A DNA stretch of 64,000 nucleotides from Paramecium tetraurelia (lineage: Eukaryota), in assembly GCA_000165425.1 (NCBI GenBank), contig CT868034.1, positions 62,001 through 126,000 of the forward strand, given 5' to 3'. A program made the position numbers and the translations under genes. Each line of letters opens with the position of its first letter. Within the stretch, counting starts at the first letter, position 1. The notes below the pieces were generated by a model. The model was not told where the DNA came from. It searched no databases and worked only from the letters and a program-made list of their open reading frames with translations. Below are positions 25,643 through 40,849 of this stretch, in pieces.

Positions 25643-27110
25643 TCATTCAACCATAGTTTTACTCCAAAATTAATCATGCCATTATTTAAATGTATTCTTG
25701 ATAGCTTATCTAGTTGATGTAAGAACTGCTGGTTCTTTAGCACTGGGAGCACCCAAATCTACACAATGAGCACAATCATCACAATCGATTAAGTAGGTGA
25801 TAACTTTGCTATTTGCTTTAGTGGCCTTAGTCAAGGAGGCTGTTTGCCAAGGATCTTCCCCACCATTGGTCATGATCAAGTGATCAACATTCAAGTTTAA
25901 TCCTCCAAAATAGGCTTCAGTTGCTCTTACATCTGGCCAAATTACTTCCCCTTGTGAGTAAGCATCATTGCACCATACTCTCCACCAATCTAATGTCAAT
26001 TCATAGGATCTTAAGGATTCTTTATTCTATCATACACATCAATTGGACATTACCTGTGGGGGTGTTTATAAATAGGCAAGTTCGGAGCAACATTAGAAAT
26101 ACCATTAACGGATTACGGAGTTCTAGTCGACGGTTTCGTCTCTTAAATAGTAAGCACCGTATTGTTTATAACTATCTCCTTGATCTAGAGCAATCTCTTT
26201 TATGTATTCAGCCATAGCCTCAATGGATGGCAAGGACTCTAGAGTTTGACAGAACCTGGTTCTCTATCCTGATTGGATCATTTAGACAATGGTATCAGCC
26301 CAGAACCATCTGAATTCGTTGTCTGTCATCTTTTCACAATTGTAGGATTCTTTGAATGCCTATTTGGTATTGAAGTTCTTTAGTTTCTTATCGACATAAC
26401 CATTCAGCAACTGTAAGTAGAGAGGACATCTAGTTGTTGTTAAGTTAGATATATGTACTATTCACCACTCTTGCTTGTACTCTTTCTAATTTGATCATCG
26501 AATTACCAATAGTCAAGGATTGTGTTGATGACTCCACTGCTAGCCAAATTACCGACAGTCAAATGAGGGTATTTGTATCTGAACCAAGCTGATAAAGCCC
26601 CTGGGTATGAGCCTCCGATTGCATACCTATGTAGGGATATATGATGTACCAAGGCAATGTAGAATCGATGTTATGAAGTTTAAGTCTCTTCATTTGCAAT
26701 ATAAAATAGGCGAGATCATCCAAGGCTTGATGGACATTTAAATAAGATAGGTTCTCCAAACTCCATGAATCTGCTCCGAAGGGTTGAGATTGTCCATAGA
26801 ATCTGTGTTCCAATGCTATAACAATTGCACCTAAATCCTTTGCCAATTAGAAGGATAATGAGTTGTCCCCTACACCTTAGCAATTCCATTCTCCACAAAT
26901 GTATAAGATAACTCCACCTTTAGTGGGATTAAAATATTGGGAATACACATGGTATCTCTATTGCCATGTCTGAGTATTGGCTGGGTCGCTGTGATCCAAG
27001 AGCTATGTGAATTGAAAAGTCTCTTTAGTTTCTGTAAATGGTCCTTACGTCAGCACATGAGGAGCGATTGCGTAAGAGCAAATTGTTAATGCTGACAAAA
27101 TCAAATACAT
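25643..27110 (-). CDS. Serine carboxypeptidase family S28 (secreted/lysosomal)
   Basis: Signal peptide, [35 protein letters not shown]. Confidence 0.93.
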
Positions 27111-27191
27111 AATTTATTAATTTATTACACAATATCAATCAAATATATATAATGTGGACACCACAGTCTTTATATGCAATTAAATTAAATA

Positions 27192-28066
27192 TCATTCAAA
27201 ATCAACCTTATTCACTTAGAGCTTTTTCTCGCAATTCTATATATACTAATGGACTTCTTTTTTGTTGTCCGTATTAGGAAATTAGATCAAAATAGCCTTA
27301 AACAATTAAAGAGCAGATTGGTAATCTTGCAATTCATAATTTGCTCTTCCTTTTATCAACAGAGCTACTTTACTTCAGATGCCCTACCTTTTTCGTTTTC
27401 ATTATCAAAGCTAAAAGCCTCGTCGCACATCTAATCTGCCATACCCCACTCCTTTAATTTAATGTAGCAAACTGCTCTGTTTGAGAAGGACTTGCTTATT
27501 TCCTTCAAAATCTTTTTCGAATGCTCTCCCACTTTTATCCTACCAATCAATTCGTAGATGGAGATTGCTGAACGATAATTGGATTGTTGAAATATCGATC
27601 CAGCATACTTCCTAACTTCCTCTATGTATTATTCTATTTATTGCTAGTTCAATGAATTGATTCCCAGATACTCAAAGGAATTCTCTATTTTTATTAGCCA
27701 ATATTGTCTCCTCTACATTTTCAAGGGTGTCAAATCTTCCATTAGGCAGTCGATCTCTTTCTAGGTGAGAGCGTACACTTCGCTAAGTTCGAAAAATGCT
27801 TATTCTCCTTTCAACATGGTTCTGAGAGCACTGGACAGGGCAAGTGGTATTGAGTTTGAATTCTCGAACAGCACCACTGTTCTCAAGGTGTCTGTTTATT
27901 GGGTTATTTGTTGGGCTTCTTGGTCGAATTCTGTGAAAGAGTAGCAAATGAAATGGGAATCAAAGTCGATTGGTTCTGAGCCCTGGATGAACAAATCAGG
28001 AGAGGAATATTTCCAAAGCATGTCCTCTATGATGGCGTGCTTGTGTGATTAGGATAATGATTGCAT
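27192..28066 (-). CDS. TPR-containing protein
   Basis: ATG 28066 MQSLSQSHKH...; C-terminal AGSIFQQSNYRSAISIY..SNRAVCYIKLKEW TPR pattern. Confidence 0.7.
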
Positions 28067-28107
28067 CTGGAAATATATATATTGATTTAAATTTTAAATT
28101 ATAATAT

Positions 28108-29205
<1,098 letters not shown>

Positions 29206-29263
29206 ACCATCATCTATTATAATAATTAAATTTAGTCATCTTTATTCACAATATATATTTTTA

Positions 29264-30159
29264 ATGATAAATTATATGCAAATGACATAAATTGATCTCA
29301 AAACCATAGAAGTGTTATCTGCTCTGCTTTTATTCAGTTGCTTCACATACCTATGGTTCACATTTATTTCACTTAAGTTCACAATCATTATTGCTCTTAC
29401 ATTTTGTTCCCTTTTGGTATTGTTGAAAATCAGATGGACTAGAATCAAGAGAACAGGATTCCTAAATAACATCTCCGATAAGCTCAGAAAAATTCTATTG
29501 GAGAGATCCTTATTTGACATCTTGTGCGACATATGGTATTTTGAGACAATAAAGAGACATGTACGAGTATTCCTAAGTCCATTCCTTATTAAAAAATCCC
29601 CAGAAGAGATCATAGAATCATTTGAAGATATCAATCCTTAATTGAAGGAAGCAATTCTGAGAAAGGGAACTATCAATTTGTTTCCAGAACCAATCAAAAG
29701 GGAATTGGTGGAGAACTATATACAAGAAGAGGATGAATTATAGATTAATCAGGACAAGCAAATGCATTAATAAATAATACAGCAACCAGTCAAGGTTGAA
29801 CATTGGGATAGATATGGAGATTATGAAGAATATACACAAAGAAAGAGGAAAAATAACTCACAAACCTTATTGCACGTCGTTTCGTTGTTGTTGCATAAAC
29901 CAATAGTGCATAAGGAAAGCCATAAAGTGAATCTAAGAAAGTATTATGATTTCAACTATTTTGTAGATTATCAAACAAAACTAAATCCTTATTGATTGGA
30001 TCAATCCTTTGCATTGGGATTCAGATGTATTTGTCGAAATCATCACGAAGAATCTATCAAAAGGCATTCACATACTTATCATCGATGTCTTTGTTGGCAC
30101 TAGCTTCCACTGCCTTGGGAGTGATTGCTTTAAGTAATAAAAAGTAAAAAACATTATGA
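29264..30159 (+). CDS. Hypothetical membrane protein
   Basis: Two N-terminal hydrophobic helices, soluble middle, hydrophobic C-terminus; code-6 frame ending TGA 30159. Confidence 0.65.
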
Positions 30160-30209
30160 TTTTATGAAATATTATATATAACAAATATATAAATTAAATA
30201 TCATAATAC

Positions 30210-31946
30210 ATGAAAGAAAATCTTAAAACTGACACAAGTGATACCATTTTTAAAAGAGAAGCCTCCCGTTCATTAAAATAAATTTGCAGCTCTCAATTCT
30301 ATTTCGATAACCGGATACCTCCAACCAAATTATCTCTTTATCACAAAACCAGTCAGAACCAAAGAGTCTCTCATTTCTAAACTCAAATCCTCTACAGAAA
30401 TGACACAATTATTTAAAATGAACACAACAATACCATCTTATGTGGAAAGACTTACTTCACAAAAGCAATGGAGTACTAGTACTTAAGAATTTCTTGCGAG
30501 AATTTAATGGCACCTTTTGGTTGTTAAGTTCATTGTTCCAGTGAATTCTAATTGATGATTTCATAAGTTCATCCCTTCCCCACTAATTAAAATTGTGAGT
30601 AAATGATTAATAACAGAGGATTTGTTGTTTCAGTAATCAAAGGTGAATTTATTTATATCTCAGCCATTACTCGAAAAGATTCAGAACTTTAATTCAATCT
30701 CTTAACTAATGAGCAATCTGAAGAAATTTAGAGAGTTAAAACTGTTTAAGATACACCACCATCGCTCTTATAAATGTTTAATTTTTCTCATTCCAAATCT
30801 TTTTAGTATATAGTCAATTCCAATAAAGAACAGGCAGGAATTAAAAAAAATAGATATTAAGATGAAATATCACGATCAGACAGATTCCTCAAAGTATTAT
30901 CAACAAGGAACTTTTAAAGACAATCTAACACACAAGCTAAAATCTAAAAGCAATATCAAATAAAGGCCAAGAAACTCTCTAATCAAGAAAAAATTCTAAC
31001 CAAAATTATAAATGACAAGAAAAGCCAAAAAGACATTTTTGAATAATAATGGGCCATCATTATTAATCTAATTAAAATGAGCTCAAAAATTTTTGATGCA
31101 TTTTCTCATAAAAAGGAAAGAATGAAGAAGAACCGATTAGTAGCTTTTCGAATCAAATCCTTGTTAAGATAAATGAAAAAAACAATGATGCGTACAAAAG
31201 GAGAATCCATGGATACACGAATTTTGGTTGACAGTTTTATGTCACTCAAGGCCAAAACAAAAACAATCAAGAATACTCTTAGAAATCATCAAGCTCTAAT
31301 AATATTACCAATTTTATAATAAAGATCTAAGATTTACTGTCTAAAAGTGCAAATGCTAAAATTAGGAAACAAGCTCCAAATTATCAAGAAGCATTTAATT
31401 TAGTTTGAAGAAAATTACACTAAATACAAAAATGATATGATTATCAAATGGGATAATTTGAATGAAAAGATAAAGGATGAAGAAATCAAATGGAAATAGG
31501 CTGCTTTGAGAAATAAAGGATTAGTTACTTGGTTTTAAGTGTTGAAAGATAAAGATTTGGCTTAATAAATGAGGAAATACTTTATATTTGAATTAATGAG
31601 GGATAGGATTAGATAGCATATGAAAGATCAGCAACAAATTAAGAAATATAGAATGGATCTGAAATATTACAAATAGAAATTGAGAGTTTGTAGAGATTTT
31701 ACAGAAGCTGATACCTTGAGGGGAGAAATCTTTAGATTAACAAATGATATTTATGCTATGCATATGAAGAACCAACTATTTATGCATGTTGATGTTGAGA
31801 AGTATTTTCATATGTTGGTAAGTAAATATGCAACTCTGATTGATGAATCTGAGAATTCAACTAATGACTCATAGGTTTAATAGAAATAGAAGTTTAGGCA
31901 CTCTAGACTTACGCTGAGGAGAGTAACAAAGAAGTCTTAAATTTGA
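30210..31946 (+). CDS. Hypothetical protein (low-complexity N-terminus, basic helical C-terminus)
   Basis: Long code-6 frame MKENLKTDTSD... containing track ORF 31680-31874. Confidence 0.65.
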
Positions 31947-32028
31947 TTAATTAGTCTCTTTATTATTATATATATTCTAAAACATACAATATTAATTAAA
32001 CACGTACTAAATCGTATATATATATATA

Positions 32029-32578
32029 TCATTATTATTAATCCTCTCTTTTTTTGCTTGCAAATGTTTTTTGTCTCTGCAAATCCTTTTTCTTTAATTT
32101 TGATAATTCATTTCTTTTTTATCTTCTTTCTTTGTTTCTCAGTTTCTTGGCTTTCAATCTCTATTGAGTCTTAGATTTTTGATTGGGTTGAGTTGCCAAT
32201 GGCACAGGTTTTTTCTAAATAGACATGGACTTACTTTAGTTTATTTCTATTGATCATGGCAATATAAGCGATATATGTTCGACAACGAATCTGCAAATTT
32301 ATTGATTTACTATTTATTTGAAGATGTGGAAATTGTTAATTTCTGGGTTTATGACCTAATGATGATTTCATTAACATCATTGGCAGTTTTGATTTCATTT
32401 AATAATTGCTACTTCTATTTTCTTCTCAATCTCTTTCGAAGTTGTGGATATTGTTCTTTCAAATCTAAAAATTATCGATAAGTTCCATACTTCTCTTAAT
32501 TGTTAATTTAACGATTTTCTCACCATTAAACAACTTAGACATTTAACTTAAAAAACTATCTGGTTTCTTCTTTCCCAT
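32029..32578 (-). CDS. Small Lys-rich hypothetical protein
   Basis: MGKKKPDSFQVKCLSCL..., one intron, K/E-rich tail, TGA 32029-32031. Confidence 0.6.
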
Positions 32579-33657
32579 TTATTTTTAATTATAATTATTA
32601 TATTGCAAATAATGTTCCAATAAATCAAATAGCAATTGACTTACTATTAAATATATTAGATTCAACAACATATTTTGTATTAAAATAATAATAGATTGAA
32701 TGCTTTGACACTATATTCTGAAATCATCATGCATATTTCAAAACAGATTTAATAAATCTAGGCTGAATCGATCCTTATTTTGAATCAATTTATTAGTTAA
32801 AAATCATAAAAAGAACTGAAGACATAAATTTCATTACTTTAAACTGTTAAAAATGATCTCTTTCTGTAAGTGTGTCTTAATATTATATATTAGTATATGT
32901 TTGTATATATTAATATATATGAGCATCAATTTCTAAAATAATTGATACTTATGTCCTATTAATAGTGATTCCACATAGATCTATTTGCTAATCAATGAGC
33001 ATTACTAATTTAAAAATTGGAAATTTTGCATTTAGTTAATATGTCTATTAATTATCATAAACACTTAGAAATCTTGATTTCAATCTTAATAGTTTTATGG
33101 TATCTTTTTGTTTAATTTTAAATAGAAATAATTTGATATAATAAAGCACCACCTACTCTAAAAATGTTACAATCATTCAAAGTATTAATTATGATGTCTA
33201 ATTAAAATCTCCATTATTCTTGCTATCTTGTAATTGTAGATAATTATTTATATTGATTTAGAATAATCATTGTATATTATTAATGTATGCATTTTGATTT
33301 TTTCAAATTATGTCTGTTTTACAAATGATCAAATATTAAAATAATCTCTTGACTAATGCTGTGTAATAGAGCAACTCGAAAATGAGAGTTGGAATAATTA
33401 ATAGTGATAATATTTCTTGCTATTATCATAGAAAATTGATGAGGTATGGAGCTAACGTGTTTTTTCAAAATATCCTTGCAATTTGATAATAAGGGAAAGA
33501 GTATATATAATACTCTCTTTCCTCTTAATTTTATTTGGCCATCTTGTTTTTGGAATGAATTATGACAGGCTCTGTTGAGGTTAATTGAATTTATAATAAA
33601 ATGATATTTCGAATTTTCCTTCTTAGAATTAATTAATTCATTGTTGTTGTATTATAA

Positions 33658-35199
33658 ATGTTGTAATCATTTGCCGGCAATGTGAGTTGTCCTAATCATA
33701 ATTAACCCATCAGTTACATTGACACCAAGAAGGACACACCCCTTAACAATAGGGCCAAGTGTTTGAATTGCACTCCTTTGAATGATGCAGTTCCTTTAAA
33801 GAATGCTTTAGAGAAATTCAAGAAATTGAAGGAAGATGAAAAATAATAGATTAGAACTTATAGAAAAAACAAGATTTATGACTTCTTGGAATTCAAGAAG
33901 GTTATTCATCAACTTTCAGAATCCATCTCGCAGTCTCTCAACGAAATTAGTAAATAGATCAATGAGAGAATTGAGAAGATTGTCGGAGTCATTCAACAAG
34001 CCCAATCAGTGCAATGGCAATTTGATATTAATGAGTATTTGACCATCAGTGGATTGCAGAATGTAGGATTACAATTAAGTTAGTAAGGGAATGAGTTTTC
34101 GCTAATTAAGGCTGGTTATTCTGTGGTTCAAATGAAGAAGGAGCAACAATTGCAGACTACTCTTTCCAACTATTAGAACAACATTAAGTCAATACAAAGT
34201 AATATGGAGACACTCAAAGAATCACTAACTACCAATCTTATTATCAATGAGGAAATCGTAGGGAAGGCTGCCCAGAAGGAAAAATGCTTAGCCACAGCCT
34301 TCAACAAAGACAATTCCATAATGATTAGCACGTCAGAGGAGCTAATTAAGGTATGGACTTTCGACAATGGGAAATTGGACTTGTTCCAAACTTTAAAGGG
34401 ACATGACAAAGAAGTCACCTGTCTCTGTTTCAGTCGCAAAAATAATTGGTTCATTTCTGGAAGTCGAGACAAGACCCTTAGATTATGGAAGGAGTTTAGT
34501 AACAGCGAATGGGGATGTATATAGATTTTGGAAGGCAATAGTTTTTGCATCAATTGTGTTATCTTGAACTAATATGAAGATCAGATCTTTTCTAGTAGAG
34601 ACGATAATAAAATCAAAGTGTGGATGTAGGAATCCTTACTGACATCATAATAGCCACAATGGAAATGCTATTAGACTCTACAGGATCACAAGAAGGATGT
34701 GTACTCTTTAAGTTTAAACTAGCCAGGCACCTTGTTAGTGTCTGGGTCTTATGATAAAACTATAATTATCTATGATTTGGATGAATAGCAGTAATGGAGA
34801 CTCAAGTAAGTGATATAAAATGATTATGAAAACTGGGTGCATTCCGTTTGTGTGATCAATGATAAGTTGATTGCAACTAAGTTATATAATGGAATCATTC
34901 TGCTTTATCAATATGTGGAATTAGCTGAATCATTCGAGTAGATTCAAGAGTTGGAACTAAGCAAATCGAAGATGAGTTACTTCGATTTCTTTCACATGTT
35001 CTACAATCAGTAATTGCAATCCATTTTCTGTCGCCATCTCGATTGCATCTACATACTATTCCAATAAACAACAGGGAGGTATGGAGTTCAATAGAAGATT
35101 GCAGACAATTACAGAGGTGGCAGTTTGACTGACAATGGAGAATACATAGCCTTGTGGAATAACAATACTAAACAATTAGAAATAAGATAACAAGAGTGA
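33658..35199 (+). CDS. WD40-repeat protein with N-terminal Cys/His motif and coiled coil (Paramecium expanded type)
   Basis: CPNH..CLNC N-terminus; GHDKEVTCL..ISGSRDKTLRLW, DHKKDVYSL..VSGSYDKTIIIY. Confidence 0.9.
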
Positions 35200-35289
35200 G
35201 TTGAAAATATATATATAATATGTATGATATTGAACAATATAAAAATATAACAGAAGAGAATGAGGTAAATACAAAAAATCACAAAAAAA

Positions 35290-36262
35290 TCAATCCACCA
35301 AGGATAATTTGGCTTCGTTTGAAAGTATTTGGTCATAGATGTCGATTAATTTCTAAGCCAAACGATATCCTCCTATTGCTAAATTCTCTTCGCAGAACTC
35401 TTATGCTTATTTGACATAGTCCTTGTTGTAGTTATTTGATCCAGCAATCATTGGGTATACAAACTGAATAGCTTATCTATATCCAACATATGTCCAAACT
35501 GATGGATTGCTATTTAAATATTAATGCGTATAATACGTCATGTCCAAATTAATATATTTCGTAAACTGATACTTTTTAATTACGTCTAAAGACCACTTAT
35601 TTAAATATTCCTGATCACTTTAACTCAGAGGTCTAACCAGAAAAGAGTTATTGGGACTGAAAGCAAATGCTCCTGCATCCCAAAATGAATGCAAATTCAC
35701 TAAGGTTCCATTCTCCAACTAAACTTATTTTTCAATTTTTTACCTGCACTTTCATGAAATTTCCACCTTAATCACCATTTGGATAACTTGAATTCCAAAA
35801 TGTAGTATCATGTAATGGTTGATGCAAGTCTCCGATGACATGGAGAAGCACCCTTAACATCTAGGCTTTGAACACCGTATGTCTATTCCTAGCAGTTTTT
35901 GAGTTAGTGAGCACTGAAACTGCTTGGTTAATTGCATAAATAGAATTTATGTTTCTGTTTTAATCTTCTATCTTAATCAGTAAGCCATCTGGATTTATGG
36001 GTCTGTCTGTATAATGCCAATCGTTCATAAATGAAGTTCCTGTTTCCTTGATGTCGTCCATCCACACAGCAGCCTCTGCAAATGTGTTAGACTTCCCATC
36101 AGTGAGTGAGTTCAAATCTTAGACCAACGAATCAGCCCAAGCCAAGGTGTCTGGACGATTGTCTTTTAGGTAATTCTTTGCTATCTGTGCAGTCATCATG
36201 TGGCCAACATCCCACCAACACTAGACTACATAGCTGATTGCAAGAAGAAGGAGAGCTTTCAT
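35290..36262 (-). CDS. S1/P1 nuclease (secreted zinc nuclease)
   Basis: Signal peptide then WWDVGHM, WMDDIK, WHY, HVIGDLHQPLH, NLHSFWD, GGYRLA. Confidence 0.95.
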
Positions 36263-36552
36263 ATAATTATTTTATTAATCTGAACTCTGTATTTGTGAAC
36301 TTAAATACTCCAATTTTTATAATTAAAATTTAAAAATCGCATAAATTACCACATTATTTGAATTTAGTTTTTGGCGGCTACTTGATACAAATGGTTCAGC
36401 AATGTAGACACCAAGGAGTGGAGAGTTTGTAGCTGCTTGTGTTTATTGGATATTTGATACAAAAAAATAGTATTATAGAGGGCTGCAACGTAATATAATT
36501 AAATTGAATTAAAAGTAATTTATAATTAGAATATAAGATAGTTTTATTGAAA

Positions 36553-37440
36553 TCATTTTCGTTTAAATTGTTGATCTGATTGATATTTTTTGAAAATCGG
36601 CTTAAGTCTCTTGTCCTACAGGTAGATTAAATGGAATACCTTCTCTTACATAATGGTTGAATATTGGAAGTGCCCTTGCAATTGCTCCACTCCCTAGATT
36701 CTACCATAGGTTATTTCACATATCTAAATTAATTCACATTTTACTTTGTCTGAGTTGAAGAGCTTCCACTTTTTTCCATGAAACTCTAGAAAGAATTTGG
36801 GGATGAATTTGGAATCCAAGAAATTGATGAAGGCATACCCAACATTACATTTGTTCTATGTTACATAGAAAATTTACAGTAAAATCTATGGGGAGATAAA
36901 AAAAGTCATAATTGTCTTTATGATTGATATCAAAGTTCTCCAACAACATGGGCTGAGTATATTTGTTTGGAATGTTCCTTATCATTAAGGTGGTTCTCTA
37001 ATCTCCAGGAATCTAGATAGGAGGGAAGTAAATACTTGGTCCAATTTAATTTGATATTGGGTGATTTGTGCTTAGGGTTCATATCTTCTCTTGTTTTTGA
37101 ACTGGAATTACTGAAAGGAGGTAGGCATGGTTTTGTAAAATATATCTTCTTTATTTTAATCTAACGCAGATTGGTTGAGTTCTTGGTTGTGGAAGGAGGT
37201 GGAGAGAGTCTCGGGCAATGTGGATGTGTTAGAACATATTGTTATTGACCTGTTTTTCATTATCAACTAATTGTTATTATTTGGATGAGATTGATCATCG
37301 CGTTACTTAGTAGGAATCGCGATACTTACTTTGGGTTCGTCATCTGAATCTTGTTTATCGGATTGTTTGCCTTGGGCATTCGATTTGGGTCGGACAAACA
37401 ATCCAAAGCAGGATGGGTTAATAGTAAAAGAAAGCTGCAT
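36553..37440 (-). CDS. Mei2-like RRM (RRM_2) RNA-binding protein
   Basis: [37 protein letters not shown]. Confidence 0.92.
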
Positions 37441-37471
37441 ATAAAATAATATATTTAATATAAAGATTTTA

Positions 37472-38118
37472 ATGAGCAAAGCTTATTTGGCTGTGAAGAA
37501 TTTTAAGTGGTCCGAGATGGTTAATTTGCTTGCTTATGGAGTGAAGCATCCTGACACTCTCTCATAGACTCAAAGAATTACCAGATTATACAGGTGCGTC
37601 TCACATTCTATTCTTAGGGCAACCATAAGGAGACATTACACTTCCCAATTGGAGAATTTCAAGGGCGATCAAATTAGATTCTATAACGAGATGCAAGTGG
37701 CCCAAAAAGATTTTAATAGATTATAGGAATTGAATAATAATTATGCAAGTACATTAACTCTGCAAAACTATTTAGATTTGAATCAAGAGTAGAAGGTTGA
37801 ATTTACATAATTGGAAAGCAAGTGGGTCAATTGGTTAGAGACCAATTATGATGCATTTTTATACATCGATGAGTGTCGACCATATTCAAGCACCTCGACC
37901 AGATATATTGTTTACACAGATAAATAATTGAATTTCGATCCCTTGGGCTTCTACAAATCAAGACCAGTTAATGATGGTAAATTTGATCCCCACCTGCCCT
38001 ATTTCAGAGATTACCCATACAACGAGTCATGGTGGAACATGAATGAATCATTCCCATCAGGTAAGACTTTTCACACATATCCTTAGATTTCGATGATACA
38101 CCATCAAAAAATCATTGA
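37472..38118 (+). CDS. LYR-motif complex I subunit, NDUFB9 (B22)-like
   Basis: LSQTQRITRLYRATIRR LYR motif; DECRPYSS..FDPLGFY; three tiny introns. Confidence 0.75.
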
Positions 38119-38254
38119 TTTATTGCATTCCAGATAATAAATAAAACAAAATACAAAATTCTATTTTATTCATCCCTTCTTATTTAATTTCTAAATACTT
38201 CCCATCCCGTTTACAAATCCATTCAAATCATAAATACAATATTCTCATCTAAAT

Positions 38255-39162
38255 ATGTTTTCTGAATTGGAACTCAATTTAAATATTAAAACATTAATAT
38301 AAATTATAATAAAGTAAAGTACATGTTTAATAAAAGGAAAATCTAAAAAAAGGAGGATGTATTGAATGGCATTTAAATCAATGAGCAAGAAACAAAAGAA
38401 CCTGAAGTTTAAAAGAAAATCAAAAATGAACAAACTGAGAAATAAATTATATTGCCTGTCTTAGAAGAAACCAAATTTAAGGCTGGCTTCGTACTATAAC
38501 ATTAGAATAACTTCGCAGTTGAAAAAATTGCACCTGAAGCAAAACCCTATCAAAATGAAATTGCTGAAACCCTTCAAAGATTAAAATCTATTCATTCAAT
38601 CGATGATGTCAAAAAAGGACAAGTCTTGCCTCCCAAGAAAAATACTTCGTTGAATGCTCCCATTGCCATGCCATCAAATGTTAAATTTTCTTGCACTTTT
38701 GATTTCAATCCAATGTTATGTAAAGATTATCATGACACAGGATATTGCACTTTTGGTGATTCTTGCATTTACATTCATGATAGAGGAGACTATAAATCAG
38801 GTTGGGAACAAGAAAAGGAGTATCAAGATTAATAAAAAACAAGAAGAATGGGTAAGTAAGAAAAAGAAGATCTTGAATTTAAATAGAAACTCGATGAATT
38901 TTATGTTCCTGAAACGTGTAGCGTTTGCTAATCATAGTTAAATAAACCTGTTCAAACTAAATGTCAACATTTCTTTTGTGAAAAATGCATAATTACTGCA
39001 AAAAAGTGTCCTGAATGTGGTAAAGCTACTGATGGACTTTTTCATTCAGCTATCAAAATTATCTAAGAATTACAAAATAAGAGAGATAAGTTCATAGCAG
39101 AATATAGACCATCAGAAAATAAAACATCGTAAAGATTAAGTGAATGTGATTGGATGATGTGA
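38255..39162 (+). CDS. CWC24: Splicing factor Cwc24/RNF113 (CCCH zinc finger plus RING)
   Basis: CKDYHDTGYCTFGDSCIYIHDRGDYKSGW; RING CSVC..CQHFFCEKC..CPEC. Confidence 0.93.
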
Positions 39163-40199
39163 ATATGTGATTATTATATTAAATTAGTATCTAATAAACC
39201 TCTATAATATTGAATTTTCATATATATTTCCTACAACCAATGAAAGCTAAAGAAATTGATTGTCAGCATCAGTCATAATTAATTAATTAATTTAGAAATA
39301 ATTATATAATATAAATAAAATATGGTTTAAGCTTATTTATTTATTACAATTAAAATGGATCATCAAAATTACACTCTAAACCTTTTTTTGGTTATTTGCA
39401 TATTTTAATTAATTTGAGAAATACTGATTTTTCTAAGTTTCATAATTTAAAAAAATCTAACCGGCACAATGTTTTTCTTCTTTACTTAGTTTTCTCATTT
39501 AATCTTTGATTACTTTGTCATTTTTGTTGAATTTATTATGAATTTTACATAGTTCTGCAATTTATGATTTCATTTGTCTATTTTTAGTAACAGAATTAAC
39601 TCAATTCACATTATTCAGTAATTTTTATTAAATGCAAAATTTTATATTGGAATATAAAAGTATATTTTTAAACATACAATTTATGTGTTAATCGTAGAAA
39701 CTATTCAACTTTTTATAAGATACATTACATGATATATATATATATAACAAAGTCATTTGTGTAACATTTAAAAGGTAAATTTTACAAATTCTGTTTTATA
39801 CTATTTACGTTTATCCGCAACAAGTAAAATTTAATATTAACCTTTGTATTGAAGAGATTGTTATAAATTGGTCTACAAAGTGGGTTATTTAGATATATTT
39901 GTTGAAATTACTTCAAGGAATTCTTGATTTTTAGTAATTGAGAAAATTCATAAAGGAAAATGAAATTTAAAAATCCACGTGCAAATAAGGCCATTTAAAA
40001 ATTCTCATATTCCTGGTCAGTTGTTACTCAATGAGAGATCATTAAATGCATCACGAGATACCAGCATTTTTATAGTTTTTGGATGAAGCATGTAATTTTA
40101 TTTGGAGAATGAAAAAGGGCATGGTGATTAAATTTAAGCCATTATAAGAAGTATGGAAGGGTGTAGTTGATAAAATTATAATAAAGAAAAAAGTGAAAA

Positions 40200-40556
40200 T
40201 CAATTTCTTGCAAGATTTAACTGCATAGTTCCCTCCAAATATGCAAGTTTTTCTTTTGCATTTTTGATGAAGAGTTCGAGGTTCCAAGCAACGCATTTAA
40301 GATCTGTTATTTCCTTGTTCTATCTACGATTTTCGGACTATCGATTAAATAAATCTTCCTCTTCCCATCCGTCACATTCATAAGAGGATTCCTCTGGTGA
40401 AATAAATTTATATATTTTTCTCTGTTTCTATTATCTACAATGGCATCCTTTCTCCTTCTTTTTTATTTTTTTAGCAACGCCCAATCCCTATTATTGTTTT
40501 TAAGTCGAATTATCATCATTGATGAGTAAGTTCTAAATTGAAGCTACCTGAGTCAT
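40200..40556 (-). CDS. Small hypothetical protein (118 aa)
   Basis: Intronless code-6 ORF MTQVASIQNLL...KKIKKKEKGCHCRQ...LNLARN-TGA. Confidence 0.6.
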
Positions 40557-40849
40557 TTAATAAAATATTTATATAAATATTATTAACTTAAAAACGACAA
40601 TTGGTTCATTATCTACCTTAATTTAGCTATCCGTTTTATAAATCTCCACACTGTCATAAGTATTATTGATCATCTAGGAGTTCTGGAGTCAGGAAAGAAT
40701 GGTCATAGCGTGTTCTGCATCCGAGAGATATCCAAATCTTATTTGAAAATGGTAATAGAAAACATTTCTGTTATTTTACTTTCTAATTAATATTTTATTT
40801 AATCTGCCTATCTTTAAATAATAACTTATATAATAATCAAATATAAAGT

